Below are positions 1-9,427 of a DNA stretch of 64,000 nt, piece by piece. Origin of the DNA: Candidatus Omnitrophota bacterium (GTDB lineage: Bacteria > Omnitrophota > Gorgyraeia > B26-G9); assembly GCA_043826565.1 (NCBI GenBank), contig JBDRPX010000038.1, forward strand, positions 6,334-70,333. The letters run 5' to 3'. Numbering within the stretch: the stretch's first letter is position 1; each line of letters begins with the position of its first letter. Below the pieces are notes generated by a model. It saw nothing but the letters and a program-made list of their open reading frames with translations. It ran no database searches and was not told where the DNA came from. Made by a program: the position numbers and the translations under genes.

Positions 1-136
1 CGGGATATTGTTAGAGGTATTGTTTTTGCCAATATAGCTAATATGCGTATCTTATTATGGCTATTATCCTTGACACTCAGAGAGAGGTGTTTTATTATGA
101 GATAATAAATAAAGGACGAAACTAAAATTATCTAAT

Positions 137-1249
137 ATGAAAAACGTTTTATACATTACAAAATTGCCTATAGAGGCGCCTTGGGATGAGGCTAATAAGA
201 ATTTAGCTTATCTTTTGGCAACCCAGTTAAAAAATTATCAGATTTTTTTACTAACGACTAAAAATGGAAGTAGTAATGATCCAAATACGACGTTAGAAAG
301 AATTATAGTCTATTCAAAGCATAATGTTGATTTTTTTCAAAAAGTTAGGATAATGTCGTGGATATTGTCAACCGGCAAGAAAATCGATTTGATACATTCT
401 TTTTTTACGCCGGCCGGAATAACCTCTAATATGCTTAGAATTGCGGTATCTAAGCATAAGGCCAGGCTTATCCAAACGGTTCCGACAGTTAATTTTGAAA
501 AGCATTCCGATTATAAAACTCTGCTCAGGGCCGACGCCGTAGTGGCGGTTTCTGATTATACGGCAGATTTGCTTAAAAAGTATGGTTGTGCGAATGTCCA
601 TAGAATTTATCCGGGGGTTGATCTGAAAAGGTTTTCTCCTGCGGACGGGCATAATACCTTAAGGGACTCTCTGGGGATAGCTTTGAATGCTCCGGTAGTT
701 TTATATGCCGGCGAATACAAAAGATTGCAGTCTTTTGATAATTTATTAAGATGGATGCCGCTTGTGGCTAAAAAGATTCCGGAGGTGAGATTTGTTTTAG
801 CCGTAAGGATTAAGTTTAAATCAGAATTTAAAATCGAATATAGAATAAAAAAGCAAATAGAACAATTGGGATTAAAGGAAAATGTTCTTATTATCAGAGA
901 CATCGAAGATACGGCGCAATTGTATAATCTGGCTACGGTTAATGTCCTGCCGGCTAAAACAATGGCCGGGAAGTTTGATTTACCTTTAAGTGTGTTAGAG
1001 TCTATGGCCTGCGGCTGCCCCATAATAATTTCAGAAAATATGGTTTTAAAAGAATTATTTGAGAGTAATATTGGATATCAAATATCCTATGAAGATACTA
1101 AGCAATGGGCAGAGGTTGTGGCTGATCTTCTAAAAGATCAGCAGAAGTGTACGCAAATCGGAGCTCAGGGGAGGCGTGTGGCAGAAAGTAAATTTAATAT
1201 TACGGATATCGCAAAACAATATGAAGCATTGTATGAGAATATACTATGA
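137..1249 (+). CDS. Glycosyltransferase family 4 (GT-B)
   Basis: 370 aa; IYPGVD motif and C-terminal PLSVLESMACGCPII (ExxxxG) signature of GT4. Confidence 0.9.
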   Translation: MKNVLYITKLPIEAPWDEANKNLAYLLATQLKNYQIFLLTTKNGSSNDPNTTLERIIVYSKHNVDFFQKVRIMSWILSTGKKIDLIHSFFTPAGITSNMLRIAVSKHKARLIQTVPTVNFEKHSDYKTLLRADAVVAVSDYTADLLKKYGCANVHRIYPGVDLKRFSPADGHNTLRDSLGIALNAPVVLYAGEYKRLQSFDNLLRWMPLVAKKIPEVRFVLAVRIKFKSEFKIEYRIKKQIEQLGLKENVLIIRDIEDTAQLYNLATVNVLPAKTMAGKFDLPLSVLESMACGCPIIISENMVLKELFESNIGYQISYEDTKQWAEVVADLLKDQQKCTQIGAQGRRVAESKFNITDIAKQYEALYENIL

Positions 1250-2226
1250 GTCAAAAAGAAGTCAATAAAATCAGCGGAGTTTTAAAAGACGTTTTCTCTC
1301 CGGTCTTGAGGCTGGCGGATAAACAGAATAAGTTATTAGAAGATAATGATGTCCTGTTTTTTTACTTGCAGGTGAGCGAGGGGGATAATGAAAAACTATT
1401 AAAATATCGAGAACTATTTAACGAGAGACTTGGTTTGTATAAAAAAATCGATAAAATTTTTAAGGATAAGGGAATTGAATTTATCACGATTAAATCATTT
1501 TTGCAATTTCCTTTTGTTGATAGTGATATAGATATTCTGGTCTTAGATTATCATAAGAGCAAGAAAGTTTTAAAAGATGCTGGCTTTCGGTTGAAATATA
1601 ATTTAAGTAATTTACGTGAGCCGGATAAATGTGTTATGCAAGATGGTAATTTGCGCGTAGTCTGTCACCTGCATGAAAACTTGTCATGGAATGGAATCGT
1701 GACGATTAACAAAGATGAAGTATTAAAAAGAAGCAGGACGATTTCTATTAATGGCCGGGATGTTAAAATCCCCTCTTCGGAAGATGAGGTTCTGATTAAT
1801 GCCGCGCATGCTATTTTTGAGAATTATCATATTAAGCTAAGTGAGGTTATCGCTTTTTACGGGTTGAATGGCAATTTAGATTGGGATTATATTATGGCAA
1901 TGGCCAGACGCTATGAATGGGGGCAGGGAGTAAAAATTTATCTATCCGGATTAAAGCTGATCTTTGAGTATTTGGGAATTAAACAGGAGATTAATGAGGC
2001 GGTTTTAGGACAGGCTGATTTTGTGGACATTAATGTTTTTCCCTGTTTTTTTAAATATAAACAGTTATTGACTAATGTTTATCATGAAAAAATGTTTAAG
2101 CTGGTCAGGGAAAGAAAAATAAAAGATTTATTATGGCAACTTTATGTGTACTACATTGTTGGCATTTTTTGGAAATACTATAGGAGCAAGGCTGAATTTA
2201 AAAACAATTTATTGAAAAATGAATAA
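1246..2226 (+). CDS. Uncharacterised nucleotidyltransferase family protein (NTP_transf_5-like)
   Basis: FITIKS...DSDIDILV Pol-beta-type motif, CHLH, PSSEDEVLINAAH; ATGA overlap with the upstream GT. Confidence 0.7.
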   Translation: MSQKEVNKISGVLKDVFSPVLRLADKQNKLLEDNDVLFFYLQVSEGDNEKLLKYRELFNERLGLYKKIDKIFKDKGIEFITIKSFLQFPFVDSDIDILVLDYHKSKKVLKDAGFRLKYNLSNLREPDKCVMQDGNLRVVCHLHENLSWNGIVTINKDEVLKRSRTISINGRDVKIPSSEDEVLINAAHAIFENYHIKLSEVIAFYGLNGNLDWDYIMAMARRYEWGQGVKIYLSGLKLIFEYLGIKQEINEAVLGQADFVDINVFPCFFKYKQLLTNVYHEKMFKLVRERKIKDLLWQLYVYYIVGIFWKYYRSKAEFKNNLLKNE

Positions 2227-2842
2227 AACTTTGGTAATTACTATTTCGGGTCTTGACGGGGCAGGGAAATCTATGCTTGCTCAAAGAATTTATGAGAGTT
2301 TGCAGTCTCGTAATGTTGCGTGTTATTGTTTTCATTTTATCTCATGGAGTTTAGCTAATTGCATAGGAGGATGGCTAGGCCAGGCCGCTTCCGGGCAGGT
2401 AAATAAGACAAAACAAAAAAGGGATAACAGATCAATAGGTAAGTTTGAAATATTCTTTCGAATAATTACAATTTTTATTGATTTGCTAAGATTTAGGATA
2501 AAGAGGTGGGTAGTTAAACGAAAGGGCTATGCGGTTCTTATTGCTGACCGCTATTTTTGGGATATATTAGTGAGTTTGGAATACTGGGGCTGGAAATCCA
2601 ATATAATAAAAAAGATTTTGTTTGCGCTTGTTCCGGATCCGGAAGTTCCTTTATATGTAGATGTCGATGAAAATGTTGCCTATAGCCGAAAGCCGGAGCA
2701 TTCTGCTGAATATTATAAGATTAAGAAAATGATTTATGAAAAAGACGTTGCTTTGCGGGCGACGAGGGTAAATAGTAATAATGGTGAAGCTGTGATTAGT
2801 CAGGTCGTTGCTTTATTGGAGAACTGTGGTATGCTAAAATGA
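2219..2842 (+). CDS. Thymidylate-kinase-like P-loop kinase
   Basis: ISGLDGAGKS Walker A and IADRY (DRY) motif; divergent from canonical Tmk. Confidence 0.75.
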   Translation: MNKTLVITISGLDGAGKSMLAQRIYESLQSRNVACYCFHFISWSLANCIGGWLGQAASGQVNKTKQKRDNRSIGKFEIFFRIITIFIDLLRFRIKRWVVKRKGYAVLIADRYFWDILVSLEYWGWKSNIIKKILFALVPDPEVPLYVDVDENVAYSRKPEHSAEYYKIKKMIYEKDVALRATRVNSNNGEAVISQVVALLENCGMLK

Positions 2843-2886
2843 TTACTAAAATTATTATAATGAAATAGAAAGGGAGAAGGAAAACA

Positions 2887-4761
2887 GTGAGCAAAAGTGA
2901 AATAATTATCCCGCATGGCGGGACTGAATTAGTAAATAGAATAGTTCCAGAAGCAGAAAGAGCTGCGTTTGTTGAAAAAGCTTTAGGATATAAACAATAT
3001 ACTATTAGCAATGCTGATCTTTCGGTTTTTTACCGAATTGCTGATGGAACATTGTCACCGCTTACCGGACCGATGAATAAGGATGAGTTTTACAGAGTCC
3101 TTGATCATGAGAATATCGAACGGGACGGAAAAGCTTATGCCTGGACAATTCCGATAGCTTTTTCCGCCAAAGAAGAGGAAAATTTTAAAATTGGTGATCT
3201 TGTCGCGATTAAAAATGAATTTGGCCTGATTGTCGGGTCTTTGGAAGTTTCTGATGTATACCGGTTTGATAAACAATATTATAATAAAGCGGTTTACGGT
3301 ACAGATAGACTTGATCATCCCGGTCCGCGAATTGTCAATGATGACCCCAAAGATTATTTGTTAGGCGGAATTATTTGGGCGCTGCCGGAACTTAATCGAA
3401 CACCATATACTAAATATATGCTTGCTCCCAAGCAAATAAGAATATTATTTAAAGAGAAAAACTGGCAGAAGATTGTTGCTTTTCAAACGCGTAATCCGTT
3501 ACATCGGGCGCATGAATATGCAATGATATTCGGGATGGAAAAACTTGTAAAAGAAGGTTCTTTTTGCGGAGTAGTTTTAAACCCGTTGGTGGGAGCAACT
3601 AAGTCAGACGATGTGCCGGCGGATATAAGAATGAAAACATATGAAGCTTTAATAAAAAATAAAATTATTGGGCAGGGGGATAAAGATACTGAATTTTGGA
3701 GTACAAAAGATTATGATTTCAATGACCAATGTTTACTTATCGGTCTGGATATGAAGATGTTTTATGCCGGGCCTAAAGAAGCGATCATGCATGCAATTTA
3801 TCGGCAAAATTGCGGTTTTACTGATATTATCATCGGAAGAAAGCATGCGGATGCTCATTTTGATGATGGGGATCCGCTATGGGGAGATTTTGACGCACAG
3901 GAAAAATTCAGTAATTTAAAAGGGGATTTAAAAATTAGTCCGGTTAAAGTTGGTTTTGCGGCATATTTTGAGGAGTTGGGCAAAGTCGGGTTGATCGAAG
4001 AATTTAAAAACCAAGGGTATCATCAAGTTTCAATTTCCGGTAAAGATCTTAGAAAAAAACTTGTCGATGGAGAAGATATTGATGAGCGGATTATGCGTAA
4101 GTGTGTTTCTCAAATACTTGCAAAATTTTATCGTGCTCAAAAAGAAGGAACAACACCGAAAAGCAAAAATATAACCTGGCACGAAACCGGTATTTCCAAG
4201 CAGGACCGGGAATTACGCAATAAGCACAAAGGAGCGGTTATCTGGCTTACCGGGCTTCCGGCTTCCGGCAAATCAACAATTGCGGTCGAATTACAGGCGT
4301 TTTTGTTTGAGATGGGTTATGCAACTTATGTTTTAGACGGAGATAATATTCGGCATGGACTTAATAGTGATCTTGGTTTTTCACCGGAAGATAGAGAAGA
4401 AAATATTCGCCGGATTGGAGAAGTTGCGAAGTTGTTCTCCGATGCCGGTGTTTTGGTGATTACCGCGTTTATTTCTCCCTATCTCAAAGATAGGGAGAGG
4501 GTAAGGGCTATACTTGCCGAAGGAGATTTTGTGGAAATATTTGTTGAGGCATCTTTAGCGGAATGCGAAAGAAGAGATCCTAAGGGCTTATATAAAAAAG
4601 CCAGACGGGGCGAGATAAAAGAGTTCACCGGAATTTCTGCGCCATACGAATCTCCGCAGCAGCCTGAAATTCACATTAATACCGAGAAAATGACAAAACA
4701 GGAATGTGCTCAGATAATCATTCGCTGGCTTGGGGAAAGAGATTATTTAATCAGCGATTGA
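2887..4761 (+). CDS. sat/cysC: Bifunctional sulfate adenylyltransferase / adenylyl-sulfate kinase (Sat-CysC fusion)
   Basis: PHGG N-terminus, [24 protein letters not shown]; C-terminal [38 protein letters not shown]. Confidence 0.95.
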   Translation: MSKSEIIIPHGGTELVNRIVPEAERAAFVEKALGYKQYTISNADLSVFYRIADGTLSPLTGPMNKDEFYRVLDHENIERDGKAYAWTIPIAFSAKEEENFKIGDLVAIKNEFGLIVGSLEVSDVYRFDKQYYNKAVYGTDRLDHPGPRIVNDDPKDYLLGGIIWALPELNRTPYTKYMLAPKQIRILFKEKNWQKIVAFQTRNPLHRAHEYAMIFGMEKLVKEGSFCGVVLNPLVGATKSDDVPADIRMKTYEALIKNKIIGQGDKDTEFWSTKDYDFNDQCLLIGLDMKMFYAGPKEAIMHAIYRQNCGFTDIIIGRKHADAHFDDGDPLWGDFDAQEKFSNLKGDLKISPVKVGFAAYFEELGKVGLIEEFKNQGYHQVSISGKDLRKKLVDGEDIDERIMRKCVSQILAKFYRAQKEGTTPKSKNITWHETGISKQDRELRNKHKGAVIWLTGLPASGKSTIAVELQAFLFEMGYATYVLDGDNIRHGLNSDLGFSPEDREENIRRIGEVAKLFSDAGVLVITAFISPYLKDRERVRAILAEGDFVEIFVEASLAECERRDPKGLYKKARRGEIKEFTGISAPYESPQQPEIHINTEKMTKQECAQIIIRWLGERDYLISD

Positions 4762-4781
4762 GATTTATGCTCGGGAGAGTT

Positions 4782-5054
4782 ATGAAAAGAAAATGCGCGC
4801 ATATATTTTATTCCGGTCGTGTTCAAGGTGTTGGGTTCAGGTATACTGCCGAGCGTATTGCCGAAGCTGCTGGAATTGGCGGTTGGGTTCGGAATTTACC
4901 AGATGGTCGAGTGGAATTGTTGGCGGAAGCTGAGGAAACTAAATTAAAAAATTTCATAAATGCTTTGGAAACAGCTCTAAATCGTTATATTGGGCAAAAG
5001 GATATAGCTTGGGAAAATCCCGAGGGTAATCAGGGCTTTAAAATTAGGTACTAA
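4782..5054 (+). CDS. acyP: Acylphosphatase
   Basis: GRVQGVGFR and GWVRNLPDGRVE motifs; start moved to ATG 4782 after GGAGAG. Confidence 0.93.
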   Translation: MKRKCAHIFYSGRVQGVGFRYTAERIAEAAGIGGWVRNLPDGRVELLAEAEETKLKNFINALETALNRYIGQKDIAWENPEGNQGFKIRY

Positions 5055-5112
5055 AATGTGTTACGAAGTTTTTTAAGGCATTTGCGATAGTTTTATGATG
5101 CAAAAAAAAAGC

Positions 5113-5141
5113 TTGTCGAAATAGAGTAAATTAGTTATAAT
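5113..5141 (+). promoter_or_regulatory. sigma70-type promoter
   Basis: TTGTCG-N17-TATAAT upstream of the 5214 ORF. Confidence 0.6.
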
Positions 5142-5213
5142 ATATCTAGAATTTAAGAGTAAATTCATAAAGGCAAAAGAGTTTGAATCTTTAGCGGCAA
5201 GACTTGATCAGGG

Positions 5214-5702
5214 ATGATGAAAAAAATTATAAAAATATTAGCAATTATAGGGATACCGCTATTGTTATGCGGATATCGTCTTGGTGATGAAGAAGAAGGT
5301 TTTCATAAGAAAAAAAAAGGGCCCACCGAACCTGTTTCCGAATATGAGGTAACAGTCAAACCGCAGCAATCTGTAGAAGATTTATACCAACAATACCATT
5401 TGCTTATTGTGACTTCTCTTAAGGAAGCTTCGGATTCAATAAATAAAGATTACCATCGGGCTTGCGGAATGATAAAAAATGCCTATCATTATTTGCAAAT
5501 ACTCAGCGAATTATATATTGATGAGCATAAAGACGATCTTAGGGAAATGAAAACACAAATCAAAGAGATTTATTCTTCCTTGGAAAGAAGTAATCTTACG
5601 CAAATTAAAAAAAGTAAAATTGAGCGTCGGCTGAAAGATATTGTAGCTGTCTTAAAGACTGATTATAAGTATGAAAAAATTGCGGAATGGACAAAGGAAT
5701 GA
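5214..5702 (+). CDS. Hypothetical exported/membrane-anchored helical protein
   Basis: 162 aa, N-terminal hydrophobic signal (LAIIGIPLLLCG), predicted amphipathic helices; overlaps the next gene. Confidence 0.6.
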   Translation: MMKKIIKILAIIGIPLLLCGYRLGDEEEGFHKKKKGPTEPVSEYEVTVKPQQSVEDLYQQYHLLIVTSLKEASDSINKDYHRACGMIKNAYHYLQILSELYIDEHKDDLREMKTQIKEIYSSLERSNLTQIKKSKIERRLKDIVAVLKTDYKYEKIAEWTKE

Positions 5703-6298
5703 TATTGGAAACTGTAGTTGTGGGGCAGTTAGAAACAAATTGTTATATTTTTGGATCCAGTGAAACTAAGGAAGTTTTATTGATTGACCCTGGAGCCGAG
5801 CCGGAAAAAATCAAGGCTGTATTAAACAAGATGCAAGCGATTGTAAAAGCGGTAATTTTAACCCATGGACATTATGACCATACCGGGGCAATGGAGGAAT
5901 TTGATGTGCCGATTTATATACATGCTGATGAATTTGATTTTCTTAAAGAAGATACAAGTTGCTATTGCGCGGTAAAGGATCAAAGAATTTTAGATAATTT
6001 TAAGCTAATAAAAGATGGGGACAGTATAAGTGCCGGGATTCAAAAGTTAACAGTTTTAGATACTCCGGGGCATTCTGCTGGAGGCATATCACTTAAGGGG
6101 GAGGGAGTTGTGTTTAGCGGGGATACATTATTTGCCCAGGGAATCGGGCGCACAGATTTGCCGGGAGGGTCTTACCGGCAGTTAATAGACTCGATAAAAA
6201 CAAAGTTAATGATTCTAGATGATGCGGTTGTTGTTCTTCCCGGGCATGGTGCGCAGACAACAATAGGGCAGGAAAGAATGGAATATCTATACTCATGA
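5699..6298 (+). CDS. MBL-fold metallo-hydrolase (glyoxalase II-like)
   Basis: THGHYDH motif, TPGHS, FSGDTLF, GRTDLPGG, PGHG. Confidence 0.93.
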   Translation: MILETVVVGQLETNCYIFGSSETKEVLLIDPGAEPEKIKAVLNKMQAIVKAVILTHGHYDHTGAMEEFDVPIYIHADEFDFLKEDTSCYCAVKDQRILDNFKLIKDGDSISAGIQKLTVLDTPGHSAGGISLKGEGVVFSGDTLFAQGIGRTDLPGGSYRQLIDSIKTKLMILDDAVVVLPGHGAQTTIGQERMEYLYS

Positions 6299-6816
6299 GT
6301 CTAACGCGCAGAGAATTATTTCTTACAGTATTTTATTTGATAATTATCGGTTGTGTTGCTATTTATTTTTTCTTTTATAAATATCTATTTACGCAGTATA
6401 ATAGTATTAATGAAGAGATATTTTCTGTAGAGCAGGCTCTTTCTAAAATAAATTCTATAATGGATAGTAAAGATATTGTAGAAAAAGAATATAGCGAATT
6501 TGAGCAGAAATTATCTTCTGGTAAAATTGAAAAAGCGGCCTCTACTGAGATATTACAGGATATCAAGACCAAAGCAGCTTCTGCGGGATTAAATGTTATT
6601 AATATAAAACCTTTTCTGCTTAAGGAAGAAGGGTTGTACGGAGAATTTGATTTTAAGCTGGAGACCGAGGGTGCGCTTAAAAATCTTGGGCAGTTTTTAT
6701 ACGAGTTAGATGATTCTTTATACCTATTTACGATTAAATATATGCAGGTTAATGCCGGCAGTCAGGGTGAATCATTACAGGTGCAATTAATGCTAAGCGC
6801 TATGCTGGCCAAATAA
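6295..6816 (+). CDS. PilO/GspM-like inner-membrane alignment protein
   Basis: MSLTRRE + single TM, coiled coil, ferredoxin-like C-terminus (AASAGLNVINIKP...EG..NLGQFLYEL). Confidence 0.75.
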   Translation: MSLTRRELFLTVFYLIIIGCVAIYFFFYKYLFTQYNSINEEIFSVEQALSKINSIMDSKDIVEKEYSEFEQKLSSGKIEKAASTEILQDIKTKAASAGLNVINIKPFLLKEEGLYGEFDFKLETEGALKNLGQFLYELDDSLYLFTIKYMQVNAGSQGESLQVQLMLSAMLAK

Positions 6817-6829
6817 TTGAGGATCTATT

Positions 6830-7330
6830 GTGGGTGAAAAAACAGTAGTTATGCCGGTTCAAAGATTACGTTATCTTGATATTATTAATACTTTATTAAC
6901 TTGCGGATTATTGGTGTTAATAATGGCTGTGATCAGTCTGAAGTTTATGGGAAAAAATGATAATATTCTTAATTTGAAATATTCGGCGGAACAAACAGGT
7001 ATAATCCCGGAATTAAAGATTTTTAAGAAACCATTAGATTATTATGAAAAGATTCTATCAAGGAAAGACTTATTTATTGGACAGCCGCAAGTTAAAAATT
7101 TAAAATCTAAGGTTACCGGCGCAAATAATGGAGGCCAGCTTAGTGAATTGGAATTAATGGGCATTGTGTCCGGTCCGCAAGGTCCGCAGGCAATAATTAA
7201 TAATTCCAAAACAGACAGGTCTTTTTATTGTCAAGGAGGAGAAAATCTTGGTGACTTTACAGTTAAAAAAGTTTATCTTGATCGGGTTCTCTTGGAGAGG
7301 GATGGAGAGGAATTGGAGTTGAGGCTATGA
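6830..7330 (+). CDS. GspC/PilP-like HR-domain protein
   Basis: TM, RKDLF, LELMGIVSGPQGPQAII, GENLGDFTVKKVYLDRVLLERDGEELELRL. Confidence 0.75.
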   Translation: MGEKTVVMPVQRLRYLDIINTLLTCGLLVLIMAVISLKFMGKNDNILNLKYSAEQTGIIPELKIFKKPLDYYEKILSRKDLFIGQPQVKNLKSKVTGANNGGQLSELELMGIVSGPQGPQAIINNSKTDRSFYCQGGENLGDFTVKKVYLDRVLLERDGEELELRL

Positions 7331-8841
7331 AAATGATTAAGAAAACCTTAAAGTTGATTCTGCTCTGTTGCGTTTGCTTTTTATTTGTCGGCGTCGCGGT
7401 CCAGGCACAGGAAAGTATGGGGCAAAACATTAATCTTGATGTAAAAAACATGAGTGTGATTGATGTGTTAAGATTGCTTGCTGAGCAGGGGCAGGTAAAC
7501 ATAGTGGCAAGTAAAAATGTGCAAGGCCGGATCACCGCTAAACTGCAGGATATTACTGTGGAGCAGGCACTGGAAGCAATTTTAGACGCAAATAATTTTG
7601 TTTATAAAAAGGACAGAGGGGTTATTAAGGTTTTTGCGATGCAGGATATCTTGCAGCAGGAGCAGACCGAGAAACTTTTTAGCCGAGTATTTCTTCTTAG
7701 CAATATTAAAGCTGCTGATTTCCGGCAGGTATTGAATTCGATTAAATCAGCCCGGGGACGCGTGGAAATCAATACCGTGTCTAATCAGGTTATTGTTACC
7801 GATACTTTGGAAAAAATTGACGAAATCGAGAAGATAATATTTGATTCCGACCGGAATATGATCACGAAAATATATAGTTTAAATTATGCTGATGCTAATG
7901 AGTTGAAGGAAAAATTGGTTGAACTTATTCCGAAGCAATCCGGGGAAGTCTTTGTCGATGAGAGAACTAATGGAATCGTGGTTCGGGCTGTTGCCGAAAC
8001 TATTGAAAAAGTAGATATGTTAATGAAAAGCTGGGACATGAGGTCTGCCCAGGTTTTGATCGAAGCAAAGATCCTGGAAGTTTCTTTTGATAATACAAAA
8101 GGGGTGGGGGTAACCTGGGAGTATCAGTCGGATACGGTTAAAGACAGCGTAGGTGTTTCCGCCAGTTTACCGGTCAGTGTTAGCGGCGGAGGAATTTTTA
8201 AGGTGGGAACTTTAAGCGCAGATGAGTATGCCGTTACGATTCAGGCCTTAGAGAGTTCCACAAATACTAATATTTTGTCGAATCCCAGAATTGTTGTTCT
8301 TGATAATACCGAAGCGAATATACTTGTGGGAAGTGCCGAGCCTTATCTGGTGACTTATATAGATAAAGAGTCAAATACACAAACTGAAGAAACCAAGTTT
8401 ATCGATGTTGGTGTTAAGTTAAATGTTACTCCGAAAATAAGTAAAGATGATTTTATTACTTTAAAAATTCACCCGGAGGTAAGTTCTGCCCGAAGAGTCG
8501 CCGAGGTTAATAATGCTTTAGCGGTTGATACTACACAGGCTGATACTACGGTTGTGATAAAGGACGGAGAAACAATTGTCATGGGCGGGTTGATTAAAGA
8601 TACGACATCAAAAATAAGGACTAAAGTGCCGATTTTAGGGGATATTCCGCTTATTGGATTGTTGTTTAGAAGTTATGTGGATACGAAGGTGAAAAAGGAA
8701 ATTGTGGTGTTCATTACCCCGCATATTCTCAAGGTTCCTTCGATATTGACAAAAGAACAAAAAAGAAGTGAAGCTGTTGAGCAGGCTATGGAAAGGGCTG
8801 GTAAAAAGTGGCAGGAATGGGAAGCAGAAGGAGGTAAATAA
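7327..8841 (+). CDS. Secretin (GspD/PilQ family)
   Basis: Signal peptide, STN/N0 and N3 domains (LNYADA, DERTNGIVV), QVLIEAKILEV, LSNPRI, DGETIVMGGLI, KVPILGDIPLIGLLF, EIVVFITPHI. Confidence 0.95.
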   Translation: MKMIKKTLKLILLCCVCFLFVGVAVQAQESMGQNINLDVKNMSVIDVLRLLAEQGQVNIVASKNVQGRITAKLQDITVEQALEAILDANNFVYKKDRGVIKVFAMQDILQQEQTEKLFSRVFLLSNIKAADFRQVLNSIKSARGRVEINTVSNQVIVTDTLEKIDEIEKIIFDSDRNMITKIYSLNYADANELKEKLVELIPKQSGEVFVDERTNGIVVRAVAETIEKVDMLMKSWDMRSAQVLIEAKILEVSFDNTKGVGVTWEYQSDTVKDSVGVSASLPVSVSGGGIFKVGTLSADEYAVTIQALESSTNTNILSNPRIVVLDNTEANILVGSAEPYLVTYIDKESNTQTEETKFIDVGVKLNVTPKISKDDFITLKIHPEVSSARRVAEVNNALAVDTTQADTTVVIKDGETIVMGGLIKDTTSKIRTKVPILGDIPLIGLLFRSYVDTKVKKEIVVFITPHILKVPSILTKEQKRSEAVEQAMERAGKKWQEWEAEGGK

Positions 8842-8842
8842 A

Positions 8843-9412
8843 ATGAATAATACGATTAAAATGATTTTTGTTTTTACTTTGGGAGTTTTATTTTTAGTTT
8901 TCTCCGGTGCGGGACATTGCGCGATGCTGTCATTAAGTCCGGAGGAGCTTACCGATGATTCCGATGAGGTTATTATCGGCAGAGTCATTAGTAAAGACTC
9001 TCATTGGAATGAAGATGCCACAGCAATTGTTACCGATGTTAAGGTTCAGATCAATGAGGTTCTTAAGGGAGAAGATATTGAGAATCCGGTAACTATCGAA
9101 ATTCTTGGCGGAGTTGTCGGAGAAATGGAAATGAAAGTCTCGGATGCTGCCTTCTTTGAACAGAATGAGGAAGTTGTGCTTTTTTTAAGTGATAGTGATT
9201 TAAATATTAAAGCGAAGGAATTAACCGGCAATGTTCAGGGAAAATACAGTATAAAGGAAAATCTTTTAACAGGACAAAAGGAAGTTGAATCAGCAGGTGG
9301 TGTTCGTGTAAGTAAAGTTGGGCAAGTGAGTGTTGAATCCAGCCAACCGATTGCTTATGACGAGTTCATTGGTCAGATAAAACAAGTAATTTTAGATGCT
9401 CAGGAAGAATAG
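8843..9412 (+). CDS. Secreted OB-fold (TIMP/NTR-like) protein of the type often found N-terminal to bacterial matrixins
   Basis: RBS GGAGG; signal peptide; DSDEVIIGRVI...VKVQINEVLKG...GG...EEVVLFL pattern. Confidence 0.6.
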   Translation: MNNTIKMIFVFTLGVLFLVFSGAGHCAMLSLSPEELTDDSDEVIIGRVISKDSHWNEDATAIVTDVKVQINEVLKGEDIENPVTIEILGGVVGEMEMKVSDAAFFEQNEEVVLFLSDSDLNIKAKELTGNVQGKYSIKENLLTGQKEVESAGGVRVSKVGQVSVESSQPIAYDEFIGQIKQVILDAQEE

Positions 9413-9427
9413 AAGAGGAGGATTAGA

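Noticed and set aside
1-105. Possible 3' end of an upstream gene
   Set aside because: Two frames are open at the window edge and neither has a recognisable motif; it cannot be assigned
5308-5324. A9 run followed by GGGCCC as a possible frameshift or phase-variation site
   Set aside because: The ORF is intact and Lys-rich here; A-runs are common in this AT-rich DNA, and no alternative-frame product is evident
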